The notes: generated by a model from the letters alone, not told the origin. 64,000 nucleotides of DNA from an uncultured delta proteobacterium (GCA_963778115.1 CAVZSV010000004.1:1664001-1728000); one strand, 5' to 3'. Positions 1 through 9,729 are shown, counted from the stretch's first letter. Program-made: numbers and translations.

Positions 1-716
1 AACTTCCCGGCGTCCTGAGGAGAATGAATCTTGTAATAATCGATCGAAGCAGCCATGGCCTGCTTTGAAATTTCATCCTTGGGGTTTTCTAGAATAATTT
101 TCTTAAGTGCGTCTAGGGAAGTGGTTGGGTTAAGAAGAAGTTCACTCTGTGCCTTAGAGAGTTCCTCTTGGCGAGAGGGGGGGACCACAACCCTGGGTCG
201 AGGCTTAATGACTATCTCGTGGGCCGAATTCGCCGAAAGAAAATAATAGCCCCCTCCACAAAGAGCTAACACACCCACTACAACCATTGCGATGACAGGT
301 TTCGAAGCACGCAGAAAACCTGCTATATCCTTCTCTACTTTAAAAACCGGCTCGGCGGCTCCTTGTGAAAAAGTAGAGAGTTCGGAGTTCGCTCCCGAAG
401 ATGAGGAAGAGGGACGGTAATTGATGGGAGAGGGGGTGACCGCCGGAGCCACGACGGAAGCGGCATTAAGCGGTTTGAATCCTCCCGAGGCAGAAGGGGG
501 CGGAGCGCTTCCCGCTTTAGCAGCGAAAGCTTCACTAAATGCGGGAATGGTTTGTACCGATTGCCACTCTTGCAATCCCTCAAACCAGATCAGAGCGTCC
601 GCCGGTACCGAACCGCTCCTAATTTTTTCCACCATTTCGACTTCGGTAAGCGGACCCGACTGTTCTCCATTGACGCCTAGAAAGAATTTTTGATTTTGGA
701 TAACCGGATTCGACAT
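1..716 (-). CDS. GYF_2/DUF4339-domain membrane protein, runs off the left edge
   Basis: Manual translation from ATG at 716: MSNPVIQNQKFFLGVNGEQSGPLTEVEMVEKIRSGSVPADALIWFEGLQEWQ (GYF_2-like GP...W.EG..EW), Pro/Ser linker, TM segment VIAMVVVGVLALCGGGYYF; frame open to position 1; absent from the ORF track. Confidence 0.75.
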   Translation of the reverse strand, partial: MSNPVIQNQKFFLGVNGEQSGPLTEVEMVEKIRSGSVPADALIWFEGLQEWQSVQTIPAFSEAFAAKAGSAPPPSASGGFKPLNAASVVAPAVTPSPINYRPSSSSSGANSELSTFSQGAAEPVFKVEKDIAGFLRASKPVIAMVVVGVLALCGGGYYFLSANSAHEIVIKPRPRVVVPPSRQEELSKAQSELLLNPTTSLDALKKIILENPKDEISKQAMAASIDYYKIHSPQDAGK

Positions 717-753
717 GGCGACATTATATCACTGGAATGGCTTTCTCCAATGT

Positions 754-1968
754 CTACACGGTTTTGGATTCGCGGGAGATGCCCCGCCCAAAGACTCGAT
801 TTCGCGCCGCTTCCAACTGTTTGCGCCTATACTCTTCGTGATTACTCTTTCCGAAAATACTATCCGCGTAGGCTTTAACGTCCATGATTTGAATCTCATA
901 CGGAAAGAAAACGTACTCGTAGGGTTGAGGAGGTTTTGAAAAAGCTTCGTAAACGGCGTGCATCCCGCCATGTATATTTTCCAAATTGGATTTTAGCGTC
1001 GTATAGACCTGATGCATCGGGTTACGAATTCTAACCAATTCACGGCAAGTAAACTGGATGGCCCGATAGTATTCGCTGCTATGGGGATTAATTAAATTTC
1101 CGCCGATTCTGCGAAACCCAATACGTCTTTCCAAGCGACGCAACATTTTTTCAAACTCGACGGGTAGGGGATTTGGCGTTTTTTGAAGTTGGGTCAAGAT
1201 ACGATCGATTTCAAACTGTAGCCGGTGAACATCGAAGAGTCTGTTTCGCGATCGGCCAGGTCTTACGTTGGGCAGACTGATAATGTTACGGCTGAGCATG
1301 AGCCTAACCGCTCGAACGGCGTCAAATTTGGTTTCCGTCACTAGACGAAAACCGATACGATCATAAATCTCTTCTACCAGGCTATCTGCTTTGTGAAGCA
1401 GTTTAATGATCTCGCGTTCACGGTCCTTGCGATCCTTTTTCTTGAAGAACAGAAGCTTGATTCCGCCCCCCTCTTCTTTCGGACCCAGATAAGTAGCGCC
1501 GTCTGAATTATCGACGTAAAGATAGTCATCCAACCGATTGAGGACTTGGTTCTGCACCTGCTCGAAGTACTTAAGCCTGGGATCGTGCTTCAAATGGATG
1601 AGAACATGCATCATGCGCAAAATTCCGCAGGCCCAGACCTGATCAGGGCTATTGCCTTCGTCCGAGGCAATCAGCAAGAGTCGTCTGACATCGCCTACGA
1701 TTTTTCGGGTTCTCAGGTGTTCAGGCACTTTGGGATATTGGGGATCGTTGAGTGACTTTTCTATAAAAACGATAGCGTCTTCAAAGCAGCCCCATATTAA
1801 CTCCATGTCATCAGCGTCGTTTGCGTTGAAACCGTAGGCGTTGATGAAATCGGTCGCCTCCTCCATGGTCTTGAGCTGGAGGCGTGGAACATCTAATATG
1901 GACATCCCCTCTAGGACCACTTTAAGAATGGCCCAAGGAAATTGAAAATTCTCGCTAGAGGGATTCAC
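754..1968 (-). CDS. TIGR04552/TIGR04562-like protein with RelA/SpoT-type nucleotidyltransferase motifs
   Basis: 404 aa; EEIYDRIGFRLV, YRAIQF and YEIQIMD resemble RelA/SpoT synthetase motifs. Confidence 0.7.
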   Translation of the reverse strand: MNPSSENFQFPWAILKVVLEGMSILDVPRLQLKTMEEATDFINAYGFNANDADDMELIWGCFEDAIVFIEKSLNDPQYPKVPEHLRTRKIVGDVRRLLLIASDEGNSPDQVWACGILRMMHVLIHLKHDPRLKYFEQVQNQVLNRLDDYLYVDNSDGATYLGPKEEGGGIKLLFFKKKDRKDREREIIKLLHKADSLVEEIYDRIGFRLVTETKFDAVRAVRLMLSRNIISLPNVRPGRSRNRLFDVHRLQFEIDRILTQLQKTPNPLPVEFEKMLRRLERRIGFRRIGGNLINPHSSEYYRAIQFTCRELVRIRNPMHQVYTTLKSNLENIHGGMHAVYEAFSKPPQPYEYVFFPYEIQIMDVKAYADSIFGKSNHEEYRRKQLEAARNRVFGRGISRESKTV

Positions 1969-2042
1969 TCAGACAAGATAACATACAGGACCTCGCAATC
2001 CAACGCGTCATGCGGAGCGACTTGAGTGGGGTTTTTCAGTAG

Positions 2043-2129
2043 GGAGAGGTGGCAGAGCGGTTGAACGCGGCGGTCTTGAAAACCGTTATACCCGCAAGGG
2101 TATCGGGGGTTCGAATCCCCCCCTCTCCG
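2043..2129 (+). tRNA. tRNA-Ser(TGA), CCA not encoded
   Basis: GGAGAGG/CCTCTCC acceptor stem, anticodon loop CTTGAAA, long variable arm, GGTTCGAATCC T-arm, discriminator G. Confidence 0.97.
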
Positions 2130-2150
2130 TAGCTTTCACCGAAAGCTACC

Positions 2151-2246
2151 CCTAAGGATTAATCTTAAGATTAATCTTACCCTAATCCGAAGCACCGAAA
2201 CCGAAGCCGAAGCCGGAAAAGGTTAAGGTTAAGGTTAATCCTTAAG
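2151..2246. repeat. Hexamer-periodic imperfect inverted repeat (TTAATC/AAGGTT/CCGAAG units)
   Basis: cctaaggattaatcttaagattaatc pairs imperfectly with ggttaaggttaaggttaatccttaag around ccgaa(a/g) repeats. Confidence 0.7.
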
Positions 2247-2363
2247 CGTGTAATTGACCCCCCGCCACCAAATCTGATAACTACGTCACGGTAGTGTTCC
2301 TAAGTACGTCCTATTAAGATACGACTCACACCAGAGGATAGCCTTAAAGGGAGAGAAACCGTC

Positions 2364-3737
2364 ATGCACAAAGTAACCCCGCTTTCTTGGATACTGCTAA
2401 GCGTTCTTATTTCGCTTATTTCGGCTTGTAACCAATTGGAACGTCAGCCTGCCAACAACCCAGTCATTACCGGGACTCGAGTAGTTCCCGCTCCGGTCGT
2501 TGGACTTGGAGCCAACGTTCTTAAGATTAGTGCTGGGGATTACTTTACCTGTGCCCTCGTCGCCGCAAGTGCTTCCAACAACCAGGTCTATTGTTGGGGG
2601 GCCAATGATAGTGGGCAGTTGGGAAACGGATCTAACACTCCTTCGCCTTCCCCGGTTCAAGTGCAGGGCTTGGTAAACGTCGTCGATGTCTCCGCGGGAA
2701 ATGGTTTTGCCTGTGCCATCGACAACGTATCGACGGATACTCCCAACCAGGTAAAGTGCTGGGGCAATAATAACGGCTCGCAATTAGGTCGATCGGACGG
2801 AAGTACCAACAACTCAAATTTTCCAGTTCCTGTGGCGGCAACCGTTATTCCCACGACGCCAACGACACCGGTAACCCCACAGCAACCTCCCGCGACCCCA
2901 GCGACTCCCAAGCCGCCGCCAACGGCGTCGGCAGCGGACACGACTGCCACTTTCACGGGAGCCAAAGCGATTTTCGCGTCCAATTACAGTCGGGTTTGTG
3001 CTGTCGGCCCCGACAATAAGGCCTACTGTTGGGGGCTCATCATCCAACAGACTGCACAATCCACTGGCGGAACCAATCCCACTATCAACTACGTCGCCTC
3101 CGTCGTAACTGCAGCAGTACCCACGGCGATCGTACCCGTGGATCCCTCGGCAAGGCCATGGACTGGGGTCACTTCGATGGCTCTCGTTCAAGCGGACTCC
3201 TGCGCGGTAGTCGGTGGAGTAGCAGTTTGTTTAGGCCAGTCGATTGCCAATCCCACCGCGGCAACGATCGTGGGCGGCGATACTTATACATGTCAGATCA
3301 ATAGCGCCGATCAAACGCAGTCCCTTTGCTGGCCGGTCACCCCCACCACTAGCGCCACCAAACCGACGACGTTTCTAATCACCTATGACTATCCCATTAC
3401 CCAGGCCTCCGCTTTCTCTGGACACACCTGTGCCGTCGCTAGTTCACAGGGAGAGATCTGGTGCTTCGGATTGAATAACCGGGGACAGCTGGGTTTCGGA
3501 TATACTTCATCGGTCCCGACGATTCCCCAAAATCGCTCGCAAGTTTCCGGGATGGTAAATCCCTTTTCGGTTTCAACGGGCTTTCTGCATACCTGCGCCA
3601 TAAGCCTCGCGGGAACGACAAACGGTGTTCCCGTGGGAGCCGCCTGGTGCTGGGGGGCTAACGATAACGGCCAGCTAGGGCTGGGAGTAATCGATCATTT
3701 CGCTAAGCCCTCCGAGCGGCCTAACCGAAAACGTTAG
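2364..3737 (+). CDS. RCC1/BLIP-II repeat lipoprotein
   Basis: Lipobox-like LISAC; repeated CWG.N..GQLG and ISAG..(F/H)TCA motifs; Pro/Thr-rich linker. Confidence 0.9.
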   Translation: MHKVTPLSWILLSVLISLISACNQLERQPANNPVITGTRVVPAPVVGLGANVLKISAGDYFTCALVAASASNNQVYCWGANDSGQLGNGSNTPSPSPVQVQGLVNVVDVSAGNGFACAIDNVSTDTPNQVKCWGNNNGSQLGRSDGSTNNSNFPVPVAATVIPTTPTTPVTPQQPPATPATPKPPPTASAADTTATFTGAKAIFASNYSRVCAVGPDNKAYCWGLIIQQTAQSTGGTNPTINYVASVVTAAVPTAIVPVDPSARPWTGVTSMALVQADSCAVVGGVAVCLGQSIANPTAATIVGGDTYTCQINSADQTQSLCWPVTPTTSATKPTTFLITYDYPITQASAFSGHTCAVASSQGEIWCFGLNNRGQLGFGYTSSVPTIPQNRSQVSGMVNPFSVSTGFLHTCAISLAGTTNGVPVGAAWCWGANDNGQLGLGVIDHFAKPSERPNRKR

Positions 3738-3809
3738 TTTGAAGACTAACGCTTTAAATGGTACAAGTTTGCGGTCGGATTAGCCTTTGAACTCCAAAGG
3801 ATTTTTTGT

Positions 3810-3898
3810 GGAGAGGTGGCCGAGTGGCTGAAGGCGGCGGTTTGCTAAACCGTTATACGGGTAACACTGTATCGGAGGTTCAAATCCTCTCCTCTCCG
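3810..3898 (+). tRNA. tRNA-Ser(GCT), CCA not encoded
   Basis: GGAGAGG/CCTCTCC acceptor stem, anticodon loop TTGCTAA, long variable arm, GGTTCAAATCC T-arm. Confidence 0.97.
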
Positions 3899-3905
3899 TT
3901 TCACT

Positions 3906-4008
3906 ATTAATAATCAATCCTTAAGGCTTAATCATTAATCCTCGATTTTTTGGCCCCGCCAAAAAATTTATTATTGAGGATTCATCCTTGATGATTAATG
4001 ACTGATAG
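3906..4008. repeat. AT-rich imperfect hairpin with TTAATC-like units between the tRNA and the four-helix-bundle gene
   Basis: Central ATTTTTTGGC-CCC-GCCAAAAAAT stem (3945-3967); shares AATCCTTAAG with the 2151-2246 element. Confidence 0.6.
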
Positions 4009-4023
4009 AAGGAAGAAGACACT

Positions 4024-4425
4024 TTAGAGATTTTTTCTATTCTTCTCTAGCCACCCAATCAATCCCGAAATCATGCGGCCTATCGTTTCGAGCAATTTGA
4101 AATGTTCCGTCAAATTGTGTTCAATCAATTTCAGTTCCTCGATTAAATCCAAGATCGCAACGCACTCATAGACCGACCCTCTAGCCACTCTCAGAAAATT
4201 CGTCTTGTCCTTTGTGCTATAACGTGAGCTGCCTTCAGCAATGTTCAACGGAATGGATTGGGACGCTCTTCGCAGTTGATCTCGAATTGACGCTGAAGAA
4301 TCTTTTGGCAGGTCGCCACATAATTTATGAGCCAATCTCGCAAATCGCACTGAGTTTCGGTACACAGTCCATTTCTGAAACTCAAACCGACCAAATTCCG
4401 GACTCTGGTCCGCAATTTCATGCAT
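4024..4425 (-). CDS. Four-helix-bundle protein (23S rRNA IVP / TIGR02436-like)
   Basis: F+...VY, DQLRRASQSIPLNIAEGSSR, FLRVARGSVYEC signature; start placed at ATG 4425 after GGAGG. Confidence 0.93.
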   Translation of the reverse strand: MHEIADQSPEFGRFEFQKWTVYRNSVRFARLAHKLCGDLPKDSSASIRDQLRRASQSIPLNIAEGSSRYSTKDKTNFLRVARGSVYECVAILDLIEELKLIEHNLTEHFKLLETIGRMISGLIGWLEKNRKNL

Positions 4426-4537
4426 AGAACCTCCCTTTCGAAGGTTACAATGCATAAGCCATGCTCAAGGAGTAGAGCATGTCCCGTTCCATTTTGGCCC
4501 CAAAGGAGAGTGATACCTTCTTGGCCGTGAGCAAAGG

Positions 4538-6118
4538 CTAAGGCTTTGGCTCGAAAACAATCGATATTTCATCGCCTAGATCTTGGTCGAGGGAGCCAAT
4601 CAATTGCTCCACCGCAGGAATCAGGGACATCTGGCGGAACTGGGGAAGATTCCGACGATGATCGGCAATCACATCATCGCGTCTTTTTTGTATTTGTTGT
4701 CCCAGACTTTCAATCTTTGCCCGCTCGCCCTTGAGCTTCACGCGGGTTAGGCCGAGGGAATGGACAATCACAAATTCTGTATCAATAGGCCCCTTCGAGC
4801 TCTTAGTCATTTCCAGCATCAGTTGGATGTCCGCCCTACTCGGCGTGACAACGATAAACTTGTTTAGTTTATCCGCTATTTCGGGATGTGGCAGTTGACT
4901 GCGATCTAACTCGACGAACCCTTCCAAATCCTTCGGATGAATATGAACGTACACGGCTCCGGGGCCAAACTCAGAAAGATCCTGTGGAGCGAATTCGTGC
5001 CGCACCCGGTTTCGTCCAAATGTTGTTTTGCCCCCCAAGGAAAATCACGACTTGAATTTGGGAGAATAGACAAACGCCCCCTCAGTCTCCATGCCCCGCT
5101 GTCCTGCCAATCTAAGAAGGTCTCCCATGCCGGCGTCATAGGAACGCTCTAATCGGTAAGGAAGGAAGGAGTGCCGAATCTTTCCTTGAACCACTGGAAA
5201 GCCTGCCACAGAGGTGAGATTCTCGGACGCGGGTGACGCCAGCGCTTTCTGGTTTGCTTCGTTGGTAATCCTGACGGCGAGTTGATCGAAATGGTCTAGA
5301 AACTCAGTGCTATTCCCCTTGAAGGAGGCCAACTCGTTGAGCAAAGCGTTCGAATCATGGCCGCTTTTTAATACATCCATTTCGATGAGACCAGGAATCT
5401 CGTGAAAAAGCCCGCTCATGTGGGGAGACTGTAACGAAGCCATCAGAGCCCGGTACACAGTTTCTGGCTTCACCTGCCAGGATTCGCATGCTTTCAATGT
5501 TTCCTGTAGCGTTTGGAAGACATAACCACCCATGCCGGCTTCATTTTCCGAAATCTTCCGAAACACCTCTCCCGCCTGATTGATTGTGAGTCCTGCGCGA
5601 AGTGCGAAAGAAAGATTGTAAAGAGCAGGACCTTGAAGACCGTTCGGGGCCATATCTGCAATGAGTTTTCTGAGCCTGGGGACCTCCGCTTGGAGATTGA
5701 GGTTTTCTTCCGCGGCTGTCTTGAACAGGTTTTCCAGAAGCGGAAGATCGTGTCCTCCTACATCGTGCCCGTGCAACATCGGATCCGTCTGCGTTCGGAG
5801 CAATGTGCTTAGGATATCCGAAACGCTTTCATGACTGAGGCCAGCTTTAGCACCGGCGTCATAAACAGCCGGCAGCGACTCCTTTATCCGTTGTCCTTGC
5901 ACACCCAAGACAAGCTGGGGCCGGCCCTGGCTATCGATGACATTGGGGGATTCCTCCAGGTAAGGGTGAAGTGCCTTCAGCAGCTTCTGTTCAGAGGGAC
6001 CCAACGCTGACAACCAAAAAAGACAGTTGTCAGGGTCCTCTTTGTGCGAACTGTCCCCCGTAGAAGCAAGTGCGCTCGCCAACACTGCCAGTAAGAGAAG
6101 GGAGAAACGACATGCCAT
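4538..6118 (-). pseudogene. Secreted protein with C-terminal JAB/MPN-like motifs, interrupted by one in-frame TGA at 5045-5047
   Basis: ORFs 5045..6118 and 4538..5038 are in the same frame (AAG TCG TGA TTT TCC TTG GGG); signal peptide; E...HIHP...PSRAD. Confidence 0.6.
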
Positions 6119-6207
6119 TTGGCCATTATACTTCAGTGAGAGCCCAAGGGTTCAGATGAACCCGTCTCGAACCTTTTTTTGGGGCCCCTTTTTTACGGCT
6201 TTTCCGA

Positions 6208-6433
6208 TCGGGCCCGCCGCGGGACAGCTGGGTGGTATTCGGTTCATATTCCTGCTATTCACTTCAGTGAGAGCCGTCAAGTAAGCTCCTGTTATTTTTA
6301 GTTTTGATTTTAATATCTAGCGGTTGCGAGAAGTGGGGTTAGAACCCTCTCCTCTCCGCCAGATTTTTTTATCTGATTGAAGTCACTCATTTAGCAAAAT
6401 CAAAAATGAACCGTCGGGACGTTTCGGGACGGC
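6208..6433 (+). repeat. att-like element copy 1 (left arm, tRNA-Ser 3'-end core at 6337-6361, right arm)
   Basis: Core GGTTAGAACCCTCTCCTCTCCGCCA; 6208-6288 matches 12391-12471 at 77/81 nt by manual alignment; CGGGAC motifs on both sides. Confidence 0.85.
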
Positions 6434-6492
6434 GCAACTTTTTGCACCCTATTTCTTTTGAACCATTCTCTTGAACCCTTGTTCTCCTATGA

Positions 6493-7188
6493 CTAACGAG
6501 ACTCGGTAACGAAATTTTCAATTGCACCTACAATCTGCAAGTGATCCTTGGGCAGCAAGAACGGGAAATGTCCGGCACCAGTGATCTCTAGATTACGAAG
6601 GTGCGGGTTCAGTTCGGGGAGGTTGCGCAGAACAGGCGCAGGTATTCTCATATCCCTTTCACCAAATATGTTCAGGATCGGAAAAGAAAGCGACTTGATG
6701 ACAGGTCGCAGGTCAAAGCCATCGAGGTATTTTGCAAAGCGTTGAAAGAAAGTCTGATCAAACGAATCTTGCAAACCCTTGAGGAAAGGTCGCCCAATTG
6801 AAAGTTCATCTGGCGACAAGAAAATCTGTTCCCAGGTCGGATTCTCTATTTTCAGCTCCACCAACGCTTTTTTAAACTCATCATTGAAGTGATTTGAACA
6901 GATGCATGGGTCGATCAAAACGATTCCCCGAATCCTTCGATCGGATGTGGACTTTAAGTATTCTAGACACAGTGTTGCTCCCCAGGAATGCCCGACCAGG
7001 AATATGTCAGGCCCAAGTCTTTGTAAGAGGCTCGCGAGCTGACTCACGAGCCCTTGGGGCTGGTCTTCTTCACCCGAAGATTGGGTATAAAAGATAGGAC
7101 TAAGACTTCGCGGGAACCGCCCCGAGAAAAACTGGCTGAGATAATCTGGAAAGCCTGGTCCACCATGCACGAAAACGATTTGTTTCAT
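6493..7188 (-). CDS. Alpha/beta-fold hydrolase
   Basis: HGGPG, GHSWG nucleophile elbow, GERD, GAGHF. Confidence 0.92.
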   Translation of the reverse strand: MKQIVFVHGGPGFPDYLSQFFSGRFPRSLSPIFYTQSSGEEDQPQGLVSQLASLLQRLGPDIFLVGHSWGATLCLEYLKSTSDRRIRGIVLIDPCICSNHFNDEFKKALVELKIENPTWEQIFLSPDELSIGRPFLKGLQDSFDQTFFQRFAKYLDGFDLRPVIKSLSFPILNIFGERDMRIPAPVLRNLPELNPHLRNLEITGAGHFPFLLPKDHLQIVGAIENFVTESR

Positions 7189-7197
7189 CTTTCAGTT

Positions 7198-7515
7198 CTA
7201 TGCTGCCTTTACGTCTACTTTTAGCTTCAGTCCGGCGTTATCAATCTGAGCTTGAAGCGATAAAGCTACAAAACGCTCCTCTGAGTAGCCCAAAACCTTA
7301 GCGAACCTCGCCGCTCGTTCGGGGCTAACCGCCTTTCGTCCTTTCTCAATGTCATTAAGATGGGACTTAGAAAGACGAAGCAGTTTAGCGAACTCAGGCT
7401 GGGTCATCTCTTCCCCCAAGCGAATGGCCTCTAAAAGTTTGCCGAAGGTTACGGGGCCGCCTGTTATGCTCTCCAAAAATCGAATGGCGTCACTCTTTTT
7501 GTTCTTAGTACTCAT
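7198..7515 (-). CDS. HigA-like XRE/HTH antitoxin
   Basis: MTQPEFAKLLRLSKSHLNDIEKGRKAVS HTH; overlaps the toxin stop. Confidence 0.85.
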   Translation of the reverse strand: MSTKNKKSDAIRFLESITGGPVTFGKLLEAIRLGEEMTQPEFAKLLRLSKSHLNDIEKGRKAVSPERAARFAKVLGYSEERFVALSLQAQIDNAGLKLKVDVKAA

Positions 7516-7783
7516 GCTTGTCTACCCTTTCAATTCGTACAAATTCAATTTTTGATCTCTGGATCGTGTAATACGCTCGGTACCCTCGACTCAAACGGAT
7601 CGAGCGGAATCCCCTCATCTCTCCCTTACATGGTTCATCGTGATATCCAGGGATCTTTCTCACCTCTTCAAGACCCCGCTCTTCGACATCGTCGATCCAG
7701 TCTTGCAGTTTCACCGCGATGAACGAAGGAACCCTTCGTAGCTCCTTTTTGGCTCTATCTGAGAGTTCAACGCTGAATATCAC
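7505..7783 (-). CDS. RelE/HigB-family mRNA interferase toxin
   Basis: HDEPCKGEMRGFRSIRLSRGYRAYY; toxin-first gene order; start placed at GTG 7783 (ATG 7792 is the alternative). Confidence 0.85.
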   Translation of the reverse strand: MIFSVELSDRAKKELRRVPSFIAVKLQDWIDDVEERGLEEVRKIPGYHDEPCKGEMRGFRSIRLSRGYRAYYTIQRSKIEFVRIERVDKHEY

Positions 7784-7790
7784 AAAATAC

Positions 7791-7815
7791 ATAGTACACC
7801 AATTTGGTGTACTAT
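7791..7815. promoter_or_regulatory. Perfect palindromic operator overlapping the toxin-antitoxin promoter
   Basis: ATAGTACACCAA-T-TTGGTGTACTAT (12-bp arms); on the minus strand TTGCGA-N18-TACTAT spans it. Confidence 0.8.
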
Positions 7816-7880
7816 CGCAAGAGACAAATTTAGGCATTGGGACAACTATCGGGATCGATTTAGGAGTCAAATCCCGAAAC

Positions 7881-8193
7881 TTTCGGGACGATTTCGGGAC
7901 GGCAGAGGGGCAATAGGTTCATATCCATTCATATTCATTCAGTGAGAGCCATCGAGTAAGCTCTTGAGATTTTTAGTTTTCGTTGGATTTTTGAGGACTT
8001 GAGAGAAGCGCGGTTAAAAACCTCTCCTCTCCGCCAGTTTTTTTTCTTCCTGAAATCATAGAGTCAGAAAAATTCGAAACAGCTTTGCGGGACACTGCGG
8101 GACAGGTCGACTGATCCCCCTTTGGTTTGCACGTAGAGTGCACTTGTTGCACTCTCTCGTATGGGGAGCTGCGGGACAAGTTGCGGGACGGCG
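7881..8193 (+). repeat. att-like element copy 2 (core at 8012-8036)
   Basis: TTTCGGGACGATTTCGGGACGGC, GGTTCATAT, TTCAGTGAGAGCC, AGTAAGCTC, core GGTTAAAAACCTCTCCTCTCCGCCA, TGAAATCATAGA, two further GCGGGAC pairs. Confidence 0.85.
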
Positions 8194-8220
8194 CTCATTG
8201 TCGTGGCATTCGGCCGGGTT

Positions 8221-9729
8221 TCATTTCTTAGATTGCTTCTTTGCCATGTATTTTTGAACAACCGACTCCAACTTTGAGACTTCATCATCTGTTAGCATTG
8301 AAAATACGTTCTTCCGTTTGCCGCTACTTAGATATCCAGCGTTTTGGATGCACAGTTTGATAAAAAGATCTATTTTTCGATCTGGCATATCCACAATCTT
8401 CTGCATTGCTTTCTTTGCATAATCGTAATTGACGAGAAAGTTTAGTTCGTCCGGAAGTTCAGAATCGATCGTTTCTTCTAGAAAGTCGAAGAGTGACTCA
8501 CATATCGATGTCATATCTATGAAGCGGTAATAAATCACCGTTTCGTTCATGACGTTCATTGAGCCATCACTATCCATTTCGTAATTCATTAGGGGCATTA
8601 GAGGAACTGAATAGCTTTCTAATGTTGTGTCGTAATCCCGAATCCTCCGGAGAATTGTAGCTGAGATTGGGAAGACGACTTCCTTGGGAGTGTAGCCACG
8701 ACTAGCAAGGATATGGTGAATTAAGAATCTGTGTATGCGGCCATTGCCGTCCTCAAACGGATGAATAAATACAAAACCAAATGAAATCGCGGCAGCGTGA
8801 ACGACCGGTGAGGTTTGAGACCGGCGCAATTGCTCGTTGCATTGAATGAGACCATCCATTAATGAGGGAAGGTCGTCTGGCTTCGGTGAAACATAGTGAA
8901 TTATTTCGCGATGTAAATCGATGCTTTCGCCAACATAGTTTTGCGATTTTCTGTAATCTGACTCTGCAAATCTTTCGTCCACGATCTGATTTTGCAGCTT
9001 GATGAGATTCTCTTTGGTTACAAAATTTCCCTTATCAGCGCTACGGAGGGAAGTTACAAATCGCGAAATTCGAGTTTCGTCGGGTTCTTCTCGTTCTATT
9101 TGAAATGATGATTTCGTTTCCTTGGTATAGAGATAGTGGATCGCTCTAGCGATTACATCCCGCGGATATTTTTTTACAATCTCGACGCTCCTCGCATCTA
9201 AGTGTTTTTCTTCAAATTCACGCAGCCGATCAGTTTTACGAACTTGAGGACTGAAATTTTTAGTACCCAACAGATTGTTATTTATTCGCTGTCTGCGGCA
9301 GGGGATTCCTTCGCTGGTGTAATATTCATCCTTTTCTAAGAGGTCGATGTAGTTTCCAACCTGAACATCGTCAAGTTGAGCTAGCGTTTTTTCAGTCAAG
9401 AACTCGTAGAGAAACCAGATTCTTCTAGAATATTTCCCAGTCGGTCGTGCTTGGATGTGTTTGAGCAGATCTGCTTCATCTATCTTCTGAAATAGCTGAC
9501 TTAGGATTTCAAGATTTGTCCCCTCATATTTCAGGGCAAACTCAAGCAGATCTCCTAACTCCGAACCTGGCTCATATTGCGTGGGATATATTTCTTCACG
9601 GCTAAGATCTGCCTGATTGTTGGTCCGCCGAGCTCCCTGAGTACTTATGTAGCTGACGCAATAGTTTGGGAGCGCGCGCAACTTGTACCTGTCTATTAAA
9701 GCTAGATATCCTGTTTGTTTCTGAGTCAT
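8221..9729 (-). CDS. Fic-family protein
   Basis: Canonical HPFEDGNGRIHR motif; 502 aa. Confidence 0.93.
   Translation of the reverse strand: MTQKQTGYLALIDRYKLRALPNYCVSYISTQGARRTNNQADLSREEIYPTQYEPGSELGDLLEFALKYEGTNLEILSQLFQKIDEADLLKHIQARPTGKYSRRIWFLYEFLTEKTLAQLDDVQVGNYIDLLEKDEYYTSEGIPCRRQRINNNLLGTKNFSPQVRKTDRLREFEEKHLDARSVEIVKKYPRDVIARAIHYLYTKETKSSFQIEREEPDETRISRFVTSLRSADKGNFVTKENLIKLQNQIVDERFAESDYRKSQNYVGESIDLHREIIHYVSPKPDDLPSLMDGLIQCNEQLRRSQTSPVVHAAAISFGFVFIHPFEDGNGRIHRFLIHHILASRGYTPKEVVFPISATILRRIRDYDTTLESYSVPLMPLMNYEMDSDGSMNVMNETVIYYRFIDMTSICESLFDFLEETIDSELPDELNFLVNYDYAKKAMQKIVDMPDRKIDLFIKLCIQNAGYLSSGKRKNVFSMLTDDEVSKLESVVQKYMAKKQSKK

Noticed and set aside
2255..2270. CCCCGCCACCA as another tRNA 3'-end remnant
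   Set aside because: Short match lying in a plausible TTGACC promoter spacer for the RCC1 gene; no T-arm.
4024..4425. Diversity-generating retroelement (Avd-like protein) or 23S rRNA intervening sequence
   Set aside because: No reverse transcriptase, TR/VR pair or rRNA in the window.
5045..5047. Genome-wide TGA recoding
   Set aside because: Many intact genes here end in TGA (e.g. Fic, the methyltransferase at 13996); this is a single case.
6300..6365. Additional tRNA genes at the repeat cores (also about 8010, 10570, 12520)
   Set aside because: Only T-arm and 3' acceptor-like sequence is present; no D-arm, anticodon arm or TTC.
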